DNA of 64,000 nt from positions 4,109,249-4,173,248 of the forward strand of contig NC_068988.1 of the NCBI RefSeq assembly GCF_001194135.2. The letters are read 5' to 3'. The number at the start of each line of letters is the position of its first letter. Positions within the stretch are counted from its first letter, which is position 1. The translations under genes and the position numbers were made by a program. The stretch is from Octopus bimaculoides. Lineage: Eukaryota. Below are positions 27,488 through 40,116 of this stretch, in pieces. The notes beneath the pieces were generated by a model, which worked only from the letters and a program-made list of their open reading frames with translations, did not search any database and was not told where the DNA came from.

Positions 27488-27710
27488 TAAGGCAACGAGT
27501 GAGCAGAATCATTAGCAAGCCAGGCAAAATGCTTTGTGCACTTTACACATCTTTATGTTCTGAGTTCAAATTCTGCCAAGGTCAACTTTGCCTTTCATCT
27601 TTTCAGGGTTGATAAAATAAGTACCAGTTGTGTACTGGGGTCAATGTAATTGACTTGCTTACTCCCCTGAAATTGCTGGCCTTGTGCCAAAACTTGAAAC
27701 CATTATTATT
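27488..27710 (+). mobile_element. tRNA-derived SINE, family A
   Basis: GTTCTGAGTTCAAATTCTGCCAAGGTCAACTTTGCCTTTCATCTTTTCAGGGTTGATAAAATAAGTACCAG; ATT tail. Confidence 0.85.
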
Positions 27711-30249
27711 AGATATGAGTTCAAACCCCGTACGAGTTGACTTGGTATTTCATTCTTCTGGTGCCTACACAATAGATACCAGTAAAATACTGGAGTCAAC
27801 ATAAACAATTATACTCCCGGTGCAAATTTGTGACTTCATGACAAAAGCAGAGACCAACATAATCAGATATTAATAGGGACACCAGTGTGGTAGAAATACT
27901 AAGGTGTCAGACTGAATGCCTTCTGGTATTGAGATCCATCCCTTTAATCACTCCCTGTGGAGTCGTATTCTTAGACTGATTCAATTTACCATATTCTTTC
28001 TTTGCAAATATGTTACTTTGAGCCAACCTAACAATTATTCAAGTATTTTTAGCTGGTCTTATACACTGAAAAAGTGTTACTAGTGGAAACTTTAAATCAT
28101 GAGTCTGAGTTGAAAACTCTGCCTTCCTCATTTGAACTTCACAACAGATGCTGATTCAAAATATCATTCTATGGAGAAGACTGACTGGAGTAAAATAAAA
28201 ATTTTAAAAAAAGAAACCTTTTTTTTTTTTATAACTGTACAATTCTTCGAAGTATTATCAGGTAGTAATGTTTTATTTCTAGTCACCATGATTTCAATAA
28301 CTCAGTCTTACCTGCAGGCATGAAATAGAAATCTATCTATGGAAAGATCTATTAAATCCATCACGAAAGAATATTCATTGAATGATGATAATGATGATGA
28401 TGATGATGATGATGACGATGGTGGTGGTGGTGGTAGTGGTGGTGGTAGTTGCTGATGGTTGATGGTTGTATTTAAGCTTGTAATAGTGGTGGTGATAGTG
28501 GTGGTAATTTGGTTGATTATTATGCTAATGGTCACACTGGTATTATTTTGATGCTGCTGCTGCTGATGATGATGATGATTATCCCATTTTATGTCTGCAG
28601 ATAAGATATTTGAATAATTGAAAAAAAAAAAAAAGTTATCTCTGCTGCATTGTTTAGCTTCATTCTTTTATTTGTGAAGACTGAAAACAAATAATATAAG
28701 TAATCTCTGTTATCAAATAAGACAGCAATGCTAATAGACAAAACACATTCATTCCTGCCAGACATTTTTCCACTACTCAAAATGGTTGAAATTTTCATTA
28801 ATACATTTGAAATCTATAATTTTCAGTTTAATTAAGGTATCTATTATTCAACATTAATATGGATGTTCTAATGTATTTTATTCATTATTATTATTACTAT
28901 AATAGAAATCATCATCATCATCATCATCATTTTATTACTGTCATTAGTTCTTTTTTTTATTCAGATTTAGTGATAGTGAAGAATTTGTAAATTCTGTTAT
29001 CTAACTAATACAATACCACACTGAGAGTAAAATAAAATAGATGCTATCGAAATGTAAAACCATTATGTAGGTTTTTACATTTATTATAGTATAACTTCTC
29101 TTAAATATTTCCAATTCCCTTAATTATCATAACCATATCTGTTTTACATTTTTACATCTATTTTCACATGTTGCTAGAATGCAGAAATGGTTAAACCAGA
29201 TATTTTATGTCAGACTGCATTTTTACATTATATCTAATTTATCTTAAAAAGAAAAGAGGTTTTTTTCCTCATTTTCTTTTTTTCTGTTGGTGGCACCTAT
29301 AGCTAAATAATGGCACTCTTTCCAAGTAGGGTATAATTTCTATTAGGTTCTGAATAAATATTCACTTTGCTTTCTTTTCTCTCAGTTTCAACTCCAAGTT
29401 CACTGACAATTAGAAGCGTAAAAGTGATTTACTGAATGTCGACCCAAGAGCTTCATCTTAATTAAATTGAGAATCTTGTCTCCAAAGATCGTTGCACCTG
29501 AATTCAGAACATTATGATTTCAAATATGAGGATGACCTATATAATTTATCAATGTGGACTACAAATATTTGATGAGTGCAGATAATCATTTGTAACTACA
29601 AAACTTCTATATTAATCTGAGGCTTATAAACAGCCAAGACTGTAACCTATTTCTCTCTTGTAATTATTCTGAATGAGAAAGGTTGTTTTCTTTTTTGTTT
29701 GTTTAGTTTACAGCTTTCTTTAGCAAGGTTGACAAGCATTGGTGATTCTGATTTGGAAGTGTGGTTAATATGATTATTGGGATTAATGCAACTAGGCTAT
29801 GTTTGGAAATTTGGTTGAGAGTTCAAAGCCTAAATGGCTTCTATGCAAGAGTCTGAAAGACTGTAGGCACAGGTATTTTGCTTTGACAAAAGCAGAAAAC
29901 TTAATTTCTGTTGGCTTCTAATGAATTTAAGTCATGATTGATGATTTTAAGGGACATCAACATTATCATCAATATTTTGAATCTATTTTCATGCTTTTTT
30001 TTGTTTGTTTCATTCTGCTGTGTATCACAGCACCAATTGTCTCTTTTGAAATTTCTTCTTACAAAAGATATGGCTTCCCCTGCCACATGCTCTGTACACC
30101 AACAGAGTATGACATTTTATCTGTCAATGCTCATTGCCCAATGATACCATTTGTCCATAACAGTTTAGTTGTCTTTCCTACACCATACTTAGTATTTTAG
30201 CATTTTTTTACTCCAGTCATCATACTTTTGTTACGATCACATCCATTAC

Positions 30250-30600
30250 TATTAATTATTTCAAGTAAGCAACAGAAGCCATCTCCAATATTTTGCATAC
30301 AAATGGAGCAGTTGATAGACTTAAATACATATCTATTTGGTTATCATTCCAGTAACAACTTCTGTGAGTTAACTGTATTTGAAATATTCATTAGTTCATT
30401 GTCAGTCTAATAGAAATACCCTTATAGAATACTAAAGGCTTCTTTTCTACTTCCTTACATATTGAGCACAGGTTCCTGCTTGGCGACGTACAGATTTTAT
30501 GTTTTTCATTACTAACTGCAACTTTGGTTTTTGTCATATACAACTTTAGGTTTTTGAGATTGTCTCTGTAGCTCTTCACCAGATTTTGCAATGGCATCTA
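30250..30600 (-). pseudogene. Very old RTE LINE relic (RT motif 6 / PHD start region)
   Basis: ORF 30391-30597 peptide KSYRDNLKNLKLYMTKTKVAVS..PSRNLCSICKEV resembles WKQNLKSKGFKVNLVKTKVLVS..PCSICR of the 61822 RTE; downstream DGFCCL resembles DSFCYL. Confidence 0.5.
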
Positions 30601-31081
30601 TTCTTGATTTTCAACTGCAATTGTTTTAGAATTTTATAAATATGCCAGACATATTTGAAATGCAAATTAAACATGTAAATTTCATTTTTTTTTTTATACT
30701 GATGCACCATGTCCTCCATTAATTAGGACTGAAATTAATTGCAATTTAGTCAGACCCTTAATCGTATTATCAAATAATAATTGAGCTAAATGTTCAGTTC
30801 CTAATATTATATGGCTTAGTTTGGGAGAGAAAATTAGTAACCATGACCTTTTCTAGAATTTCCAACATTAGTGCAAGGAAGAGACCTAACAAAGCAACTT
30901 GCAACAGAGCCAGCTTTGCTAAAGGCATTTTAGTGCCATGTGGAGCTGGCTGGATTGACCAGAACATTATGATATATATTGTCATTTTATTTCAGAGAAA
31001 TCAACAATTTAGCTTTAAAAATTTCACGATGTTTCAAGTGTAATTAGGTTATTGTTTTAATTAAGATGAATTTTAAAAGAT

Positions 31082-31475
31082 GTGCTAGTGGAACGTTAAA
31101 AGCACCACTTGAGCGTGATTGTTGCCAGGGCCTCTGACTGGCTCCTGTGCCAGTGGCACATAAAAAAAGCACCATTTGAGCATGGTCATTGCCAGTGCCA
31201 CCGGACTGGCTCCTGTGCAAGTGGCACGTAAAATGCACCATTTCAGCATGGCTGATGCCAGTACCGCCTGACTGGCCCTCGTGCCAGTGGCACATTAAAG
31301 CACCCACTACACTCTCAGAATGGTTGGCATTAGGAAGGGCATCCAGCTGTATAAACTTTACCAGATCAGATGGGAGATTTGTGCAGCCTCCTGGCTTGCC
31401 AGCCCTGTCAAACCGTCCAACCCATGCCAGCATGGAAAGCGGACATTAAACAATGACGATGATGATGATGATGAC
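31082..31475 (+). mobile_element. RTE 3' UTR (family B) with four ~66-bp tandem units
   Basis: Units start at 31082, 31147, 31215 and 31281 (GTGCCAGTGGCAC..AAAAGCACC), followed by the standard tail and (GAT)n. Confidence 0.9.
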
Positions 31476-32499
31476 AGTGAAAAGTATTGTAGAATAAATA
31501 GAGCAAAAAGGGACAGTTGAAACATCTCTCTTCAAAAGAAGGGGGTTTTAGTCAAAATGCTAATGCTTATGCTTCCACCGCCATCTTTGTATACAAACTT
31601 TATTTTGTAAACTAACTAAATAACAATTAAGATTTAAGTGTAAACAATAATTGTACATAAAGCATAGACAATTATATTTAGGAGAGATTTTAGCAACCAT
31701 TGCACTATTGAATTTAATAGATAGAAATAATATAGCATTTCTCTTGTAACTGGTCAGGTTTTGGTTGAAATCAGCTGAAAATGTTTCATTGTGCATCTAG
31801 GAATTGAACTTGAATCTTCATGTCCCAACTGACTTAATCTCAGGAATCAATACCAGATCATACAAAATGTTAGCATTTATAGATCAGTGCTCCAAACAAG
31901 AAGATATTTATCCCTCGTCTGTTTTATTCTCTAAAGATGGAGCTCACTCACCACTGCCCCTTTAAAGATTTCCAATGATTAAAGGATATTTGAAATTTTT
32001 ATTACTTCAATACCAAGCAAAATGGTGGAATAATCAGGGTTAAAACTCATGTCTTATGTTGCCGTAAATGGAAATCCATCCTCAAGACCTTGATGAAGGA
32101 GGAATGTTGTGGGGGAGGGAGGAGGGTGGAGCAAAAAAGAAAAAAAGAAAAGAATGCTTTCAATATTCAACAGAAGAAAATGATACCTTTACTCATGTTG
32201 TTTTGGAGAAAGACATTGCTGTTTTAGTGTCGGCTTTGTAAATTGGATTAGCTTTACAAAATACTCTCGATGTCATCACCCTCTTTAACAGCATCTTAGA
32301 ACATTTCATGAAGTTACCATAGCAACTTCTTATTCTGAGAAGATAACTGTTTGTTTTAGACATTTCTTTGGTTATTTTTATCATTTCAAGCCTATCAGCT
32401 ACTTTATTTCAACTTTGCAGTGCACAACATACACATGCATGCATACACACACACACACATATATAAGACTATGCATACATTACATGTATGCATGCATAT

Positions 32500-32558
<59 letters not shown>

Positions 32559-33469
32559 TAGATAGATAGATATGTGTGTGTATCTATCTGCTTTGTTTTG
32601 TTTGGTAATTCTCTGTTCTGTTCTTTCAAGCCAGTCATACCAACTCAGTCATCTCCATTAGCAGCAATACTGAACAGATTTTATCCATAAGTGCCCTCTT
32701 AACTCCTCAATCTATCAAGTCGACTTTTGTTTTACATCTACAGTATCATTCCATCCCCATTTCCTTTAGATTACAGACTTTTCTTCCCAAACAGAATTGA
32801 CATGAAGTGCTAGAGAAAGAAATGGGGAAAGAAAAAAAGGAAATTACATTGAAGCGAGACTAATTTTTAAGAAACTGGCTGCCTATCAGAAGTGTCTGTC
32901 ACTTTGATAAATTACAAATATGTGAGTGTCCTTATGTAATCCTATATGACAGCAATATAAGCTTGACAACAGTATGATAATGCCAACATTTCATGATAGA
33001 ACTGTAAGAAGGTTTAGGAAAACATAATAAATAGAACTTAAGCCTTTTGATATCAATGTCTTATGCAGCAATTTGATGGCCATTGGGTGATAAATCTATT
33101 TGTGTTATTAAAAATAGTTCAACTGCTACTTTTAAGACCTACATTGTGTGTGTGTGTGTGTGTGAATACATATATACTACACACACACACACACACAGAT
33201 GGATAGGCACATAAAGTTAGGGATGGAGGACATATTCAATTAAGAGTGCCAGCAATATAATTAGAAATACTAATGTGATGATGGGCAACAACATTAGCTG
33301 AATGACTGTTATTTTAGCACATGACTTGCTGTTATTAAATCTCCTCAGTGAAACATAACTTTACTGTTCTTGTTGAATTAGTGATGATGGTGTCACTAGG
33401 TAGGGATAAATTGTAACCTGAGTTTGTTTCCATATTTACTATACTTTCCTTCATAATAGCTATGTGTTG

Positions 33470-33680
33470 GTGTTATTTGACTTTTCAGCTTTATCTTGAT
33501 CAAGCAAACATATAATCGAAGGCGTTCTACTCATGACCATCCTGTCTGTATTGAAGCATTTCACATGACATCATCTGATGTTCCCTTTCTTTTCCCAAAA
33601 TGGGAAGAGTGTAATTTGAGTGAGATTTGGCTATCCTTTTTAGTAGAAAAGGAATGATTATCTAGAAGATCCCTTTTTGA
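33470..33680 (-). repeat. Family E interspersed repeat
   Basis: TTGATCAAGCAAAC..CATGACCATCCTGTC..GTGTAATTTGAGTGAGATTTGGCT is the reverse complement of the 12290 motif. Confidence 0.55.
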
Positions 33681-33801
33681 CTAAGATGATGAATAAAATT
33701 TTTGGAAAAGAAAATATTTGGAAAAATATGTTAAACTTTGTCTAATTTTTTTGGAGAATGACAGAGGAAAATTTATTATGTGCCTTTTCAATAGTCGTTG
33801 A

Positions 33802-33838
33802 TTCTTGAAAAGGTTGCAAGACAACGAAAATTTTAGAA
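33802..33838 (+). ncRNA. Hammerhead-like motif, U3-A8 core variant
   Basis: UUC-UUGAAAA-G-GUUG(caaga)CAAC-GAAA-AUUU-UA-GAA: 4-bp stem II, palindromic AAAAUUUU stem III, 3-bp stem I. Confidence 0.35.
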
Positions 33839-36216
33839 AAAATAAATAACTAAATGAATGGAAACTAAACTGGTGAGTGTGTTAAATAATAAGGCACTAA
33901 AAGAGAATGACTCTCCCCAGACACAATAAAATATGCTTCAACACACGAATTCACATAAAGAATATTGCAAACCAAATCCCAAAACGAAATACCCAAAGTA
34001 ATAAAAAGAAAAATACAGGTATGGAAAGAAAGTGGAGAGAATGTTTGGTCTCTCAGACAAACAAGGAAAACATTGAGAATAAAACCAGTTCACTTAGAAT
34101 AAGGCAAACATAAAGAAGCTCCAAATTTTTCTTGGGTAGGATGACAACATATCATACATAACGCTTTTATATAATTCCATGATCATTGTGGAAGTGCTCC
34201 AGCATGACTTGCTCTCACAATCATTCAAAACAAAGAACTATTCCAAAAGTAAATGTGAACTAAATCATTGTGGATTAAATGTGTCTACAAAACACATTTT
34301 AATACCATTAGTTGAAGATCTAAACTGATGAATTAATAGCAACTAGTCAAAATAGACACAATGGTGATGATGGTGGCAGTAGCGGTGCCAACAGTTGGGG
34401 AGCGGGGTAGGAACAGTGGTGGTGATGATGGTGGTTGTGGTGGCAATGTTACAGAGGAAAATGGTTGCATTGATATTAGTTACTAAGTCATGTATATTGA
34501 CTTCATGTTTTACAGAATGAATTTTTTGTCTTTCTTAACCGCAACTACTTAAAAAGAACTTAAGGGTTCTTTCTACTGTAAATCAGATGAACTGAGAGAG
34601 GAATTTACATTGTTGAAAGATAAAAAATACTATTTATGATAAAGTTATATTCCATGAGTGAAAAAGAGTGTCTCTATGCAGTTAGTTGAGCTGGTAGAAG
34701 AAGCAACCAAATTTCTCTCAAATCACAATAAACTTAAAAAAGAGGGGAGATATGTAACCAAAAAGAAAATTTAAACTGGTTGATCACAGCTTATAATGCC
34801 TGATGATAAGCTTATTGGATCACAGTTGACCTAGTGTTAAACAACACCAAATTCCATTTTAATAAACATGTGATCTTTTGAATAGCACTTTGACTTGGAA
34901 GTCACTATTTTCCATTAATTCTGTAAAAGTACTGAGTTATTGGCAGAGTCTCTCGTAGAAATCTGCAACAAAATAGGATGCAACACGTAGAAGACAATTT
35001 AGTAAAAGACAAACAAAAAAATGAAAGACAAAGTGAGAGATATAAGGAAAGAGACAGAGGGAGAGAGGGAAAAAACGGAAAGAAGAGGAGAAAAAAGACG
35101 CTTGCATACTCCATTTCCACTCATAGAATTGAAGAATTTCAACATGGATTCGAAACAAGTTATATCTGCAGGCTTGCATTAGAGTACTAATATTTCCAAA
35201 CTTCTTTGATTCTTTAAAAAGGATCCGATTTGAGAGCTATGAAACGTTTTACTGTTTTTATTAATGTTGATATTTCCAAAATTTTTGTGGTGAAGGAGGT
35301 TAGGGTTAGAAAACTACTTTGTTAAAATATTTGTTTGTCACAGACTTTTGTTTATTTTGGGGATTTTACTTTACCATTTATCTTTTTAGTTAAATTGTGT
35401 ACTGTTATACAAACTACTTCATAACATCTCCATGTTTTTCTATCATGGAACAAAATTATTTGAATTTTTGTATAAATATATTTGATTTTTAATAAAAAAA
35501 AAAAAAAATCATTTTATTCCATTTGGAAGAGTTAACGTTTTTGTAGTCATTTGCTTTTGATTTTTACCAACATTTAAAAGTATTTCTTCTCAAAGGAGCC
35601 CATGGCAAGCACTTTGTTGACCTGTTGAAAGTTTCTGATACACAACCACGACTGAAGTGTTCAATTAGCTTTGATTTAACATTCACAAAGTAAAGAATTT
35701 CTTTTATTTTTAATGTAAGCATTACTTTCGAAAAAAAAATATTGATAGTGTTTTTATTGTATCATGTTTGAAAAAGTCCCCCCATCTCCACCACCACCAC
35801 CACCACCACATATGGTTTTAACAACACAACATTAAAACTGAAATGAAGTAGCATAAAACCACAACAGAACATATAGTTACTTGAAATTGCAATTTTGATC
35901 AGTACAAGATCAATTGATGTGTTTTGTCAGACACAGGTAGATAAAAGTAGTGCTGGTCATGATCCAGGTGATTGTCCCAATCATGGTAAAAGAAATACAC
36001 TACTTTCAACTCCTCAGAAAAGTTGAGTGATCTTTAATTAACACTTGCAACCAAGATTAAAGAACCTGAGTGTAAATTTCCGTTAATCACAGCAACCTCT
36101 GTTTGGAATATACTTTAACTCAGTAGTAGGTCAGAAAACAGAGGCTTGCTACCATTCAAAGCTAGATCGTTTCTTCCTTTTCATTTCTCACAATGTATGC
36201 GTTCAGATGTGATGTG

Positions 36217-36261
<45 letters not shown>

Positions 36262-37195
36262 NNNNNNNNNNNNNNNNNNNNNNNNNNNNNNNNNNNNNNN
36301 NNNNNNNNNNNNNNNNNNNNNNNNNNNNNNNNNNNNNNNNNNNNNNNNNNNNNNNNNNNNNNNNNNNNNNNNNNNNNNNNNNNNNNNNNNNNNNNNNNNN
36401 NNNNNNNNNNNNNNNNNNNNNNNNNNNNNNNNNNNNNNNNNNNNNNNNNNNNNNNNNNNNNNNNNNNNNNNNNNNNNNNNNNNNNNNNNNNNNNNNNNNN
36501 NNNNNNNNNNNNNNNNNNNNNNNNNNNNNNNNNNNNNNNNNNNNNNNNNNNNNNNNNNNNNNNNNNNNNNNNNNNNNNNNNNNNNNNNNNNNNNNNNNNN
36601 NNNNNNNNNNNNNNNNNNNNNNNNNNNNNNNNNNNNNNNNNNNNNNNNNNNNNNNNNNNNNNNNNNNNNNNNNNNNNNNNNNNNNNNNNNNNNNNNNNNN
36701 NNNNNNNNNNNNNNNNNNNNNNNNNNNNNNNNNNNNNNNNNNNNNNNNNNNNNNNNNNNNNNNNNNNNNNNNNNNNATATATATATATATATATATATAT
36801 AAGCTACAAAGAGAAATTGCGAAACAAATACAGATGAAAAAGAAAGTGTTGGTAGTTGTGGCTACTCTGATTAATGGTCTACTTGTCAACCACTTAGCCA
36901 CAAATTGAAAGAGCTGTTGTACAATTTTGGGTTCTGCTCAGGTTTAAGGCGTTCCAATTAATGGTTTGTGTTATTTTAAGATCTTTTACTCAAGCACGAA
37001 ATTCAACTAAAGAGGATATTGTGTTAAAGGAAATACCTGAATAAGAGAAACTGTTGAAGTTTATACTTGTGGCAAGTGTTACAGTGTTGTGTTTCTATTT
37101 TGTGTCATTGTGTTATATATGTATATACATATATACATACATATATATATAAACACACATATACACCCTCATATATATATACATGTATATATATA

Positions 37196-38300
37196 CAGAG
37201 TGTCTCAAAAATGTGTACACACATTGAATGATTATAAAGTAATAGTTCATTAAAATCCAGTTCATTTTCAAAATTTGATAGAATTTATAGAAATAATTTA
37301 ACTTATTTCTGAACGGTTGTTTTAAAACTGATGACCATTTTGAATCAGGCACTGCTGATAATACAAAGTAATGGAATCACAATCATTAAAAAACTTCTTG
37401 GGTGGGGTGGTATTTGAATGCATTTTCATTCAATGGTTACCTTGAATTTGTCATCTGATCCAGGTTTTGTACTGTAAAATTCATCTTTCATGTATCCCCA
37501 TGAAAAAAGTCTGATGGTGTGAGACACATGGAACTCAGAGGGTATTCTTTTGAACCTTATTGTCCAATCCTCACTTTTGATAAAATCGTTTCAATAATAG
37601 CACATGATAACGCAATGATACACAATGATAGCACATGATAGTGGAGGCGCAATGGCCCAGTGGCTAGGGCAGCAGACTCGCAGTCATAGAATCACGGTTT
37701 CGATTCCCAGATTGGGCGTTGTGAGTGTTTATTATTGAGCGAAAACACCTAAAGCTCCACGAGGCTCCGGCAGGGGATGGTGGCGAACGCTGCTGTACTC
37801 TTTCACCACAACTTTCTCTTACTTCCTGTTTCTGTTGTGCCTATAATTCAAAGGGTCAGCCTTGTCACACTGTGTCACGCTGAATATCCCCGAGAACTAC
37901 GTTAAGGGTAGACGTGTCTGTGGAGTGCTCAGCCACTTGCACGTTAATTTCACGAGCAGGCTGTTCTGTTGATCGGATCAACTGGAACTTTCGACATCAT
38001 AAGCGACGGAGTGCCAACAACAACAACAGCACATGATAACTCAATGATAGCACTAGTACAAACTGAATCTGAAGGTAGAGACTTCGCCTTCAAAGTCAGA
38101 AAATACTTCAACTTGATCTTTTGTTTTAATCTTCCCAACTTCAAATATAAGGACCTTTGGTATATAGCCATGAAAATGCAATTTTCTTTATTACATTGTC
38201 TTTGAAAGCTGTTAAAACAGCTCAGGTCACTAATGCTTCTGAGAATACCACCATTATTCACTTTACCAATATTGATAAAGTCATTTTTATAGAAAAAATA
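37196..38300 (-). pseudogene. Tc1/mariner-superfamily (mariner-like DDxD) transposase relic with one terminal repeat, split by a SINE
   Basis: TA-CAGAGTGTCTCAAAAATGTGTACAC end at 37196. Minus-strand translation gives RIGQ*GSKEYPLSSMCLTPSDFF/WGYMKDEFYSTKP (cf. RWIGR..WPPRSPDLTPxDFFLWGYxKxxVY); faint KGPYI and GKVNN motifs lie beyond the SINE. Second TIR not found. Confidence 0.7.
37643..38027 (+). mobile_element. tRNA-derived SINE, family C, full length with TSD
   Basis: A box TGGCCCAGTGG (37653), B box GGTTTCGATTCCC (37696), (CAA)n tail; AGCACATGATA repeated at 37630-37640 and 38028-38038. Confidence 0.93.
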
Positions 38301-39489
38301 TACACAATGGTCGGAATTTTTTACATTTGCAAACATTTCAAAGGAGGAAGATGAAATAAGTTTTCAGATGATAGTCCATTTAAGATATCTGAAGAGGGTT
38401 GTGAATTTAACTGGTTAAAATTATTGCAAATAATCTGTATATATTATGAAGAGGATGGTGGATTTTATACTTGCATGTTTTTTCCTTTGTTTTCACAAAC
38501 ACTTGACACACATTCACAAAAAACACCATATTTAAAGAAAAATATGAAAACATTTTTTTTACTAAATATATTTTTGATTTATGTTTAGAAAAACAAAATT
38601 TCTTATTCTAATTAAAAAAAGGCCAAAGTTTTCAGAGCTGATAATAAATAAACAAATGAGGAAAAAAAATAAACAAAAATGAAATAGAATAAAATAAAGG
38701 ACATTTGAACACCAAAACAGAAAACATAGAATTTGATGGATGAGAGTGTCATCATCCATGGTGTAATTGTAGCAGTTGCGTTTTGCATTCAGATCATACG
38801 GTTAGCTGAATGTTCTTGAAATAATTAAGGCTGGTTCAATTTGCCAGTAGGTATGTTGATTAGAAATATCTGCAGCCAATTGGCAAGCTATTAACTTCAA
38901 TTTGTAAGAAATTAATTATAAGCAAAGAAATTGTAATTAATTTTATACAAAAGAGTGACTAGAAGCACAATTTTAATCACACTTACGTAAGAATATTTGG
39001 AACTGCACTAAATAAAATTTTAAATTACACTAATTCACACACATACATATATACATATACACGCAAGTAGATAGATACTTATAAACATCTCCCTGAATAT
39101 GCATGTATATTAAATAGATAAATAGACTCATATAATTCGATTGATAATAGTTAGCAATTCCGAAGATCAGATCCTGAAAAAAACTGGTGGTGGTGACTGG
39201 TGTTGGTAGAAACAATTCAATGAAGTCTGCAAATCTCATCAAAAAATTTGTTTTGGTGTGGTGAATATGAATTCTATAATCTTGAGTAAACCCCTTTCCT
39301 GACAAGAAAATTCCAATTATTTAAGATATTTATTTAGTATAAAATAGAGCAATCTTATGCAGTGAAACATTTCTCCATCAGAGAAGAGTTTTGATTGAAA
39401 TGTTAAAACTTCTGTCTCTCATACCATAAAAGTTATATAAATATGTCAGTCACACACAATCCTATATTCTCATTTGAAATTTGAAATCG

Positions 39490-40066
39490 AACCGAATCCG
39501 ACGACTGGCACCCATGCCAACCTCTCCTTCGTTGGACACTAAACTCTGCTTGTGAAGACCTGTTGGGGCAAATGAAATCGTAATTGAACCATACTCGATG
39601 ACTGGTCACTGCGCCAGTGGAGCACTAACAGCACTGTCGAGCGTGTTCATTGCCAGAGCAGCTGCCTGGCTTCCGTGCTAGTGGCCCGTAAATAGCACCA
39701 TTAGAGCGTAATCATTACCAGCGTTGCCGTCTAGCATTTGTGCTGGTGGCACGTTAGAAAATCATTCGAGTGATTCATTGCCAGTGCCGCTGGACTGGCT
39801 CCCATGCAGGTGGCACGTAAAAACCACCTTTTTGAGCATGGCCATTGCCAGTACCGTGTGACTGGCCCTCCTGCCGGTGACACATAAAAGCACCCACTAC
39901 ACTCTCGGAGTGGTTGGCGTTAGGAAGGGCATCCAGCTGTAGAAACTCTGCCAAATCAGATTGGAACCTGATGTAGCCATCTGGTTCACCAGTCTNNNNN
40001 NNNNNTCAAATCGTCCAACCCATGCTAGCATGGAAAACGAACATTAAACGATGATGATGATGATGA

Positions 40067-40068
<2 letters not shown>
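39490..40068 (+). mobile_element. RTE 3' UTR (family B) with five ~65-bp tandem units
   Basis: Units at 39611, 39675, 39740, 39804 and 39871, then the standard tail (10-N gap) and (GAT)n. Confidence 0.88.

Positions 40069-40116
<48 letters not shown>

Noticed and set aside
35129-35165. TTGAAGA..CGAAAC hammerhead-like motif
   Set aside because: Stems I and II do not pair convincingly; at best a dead relic.
35930-35984. Possible small + strand exon TQVDKSSAGHDPGDCPNH
   Set aside because: Splice signals are only moderate, with no homology or partner exons.
37643-37720. tRNA gene (Arg-like)
   Set aside because: The tRNA-like head continues into a multi-copy SINE body with tail and TSD, and there is no proper acceptor stem.
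39611-39900. CRISPR-like look of palindromic repeats with intervening sequence (also at 31082)
   Set aside because: The intervening segments are homologous to each other, no cas genes are present, the DNA is eukaryotic, and the array sits in an RTE 3' UTR.
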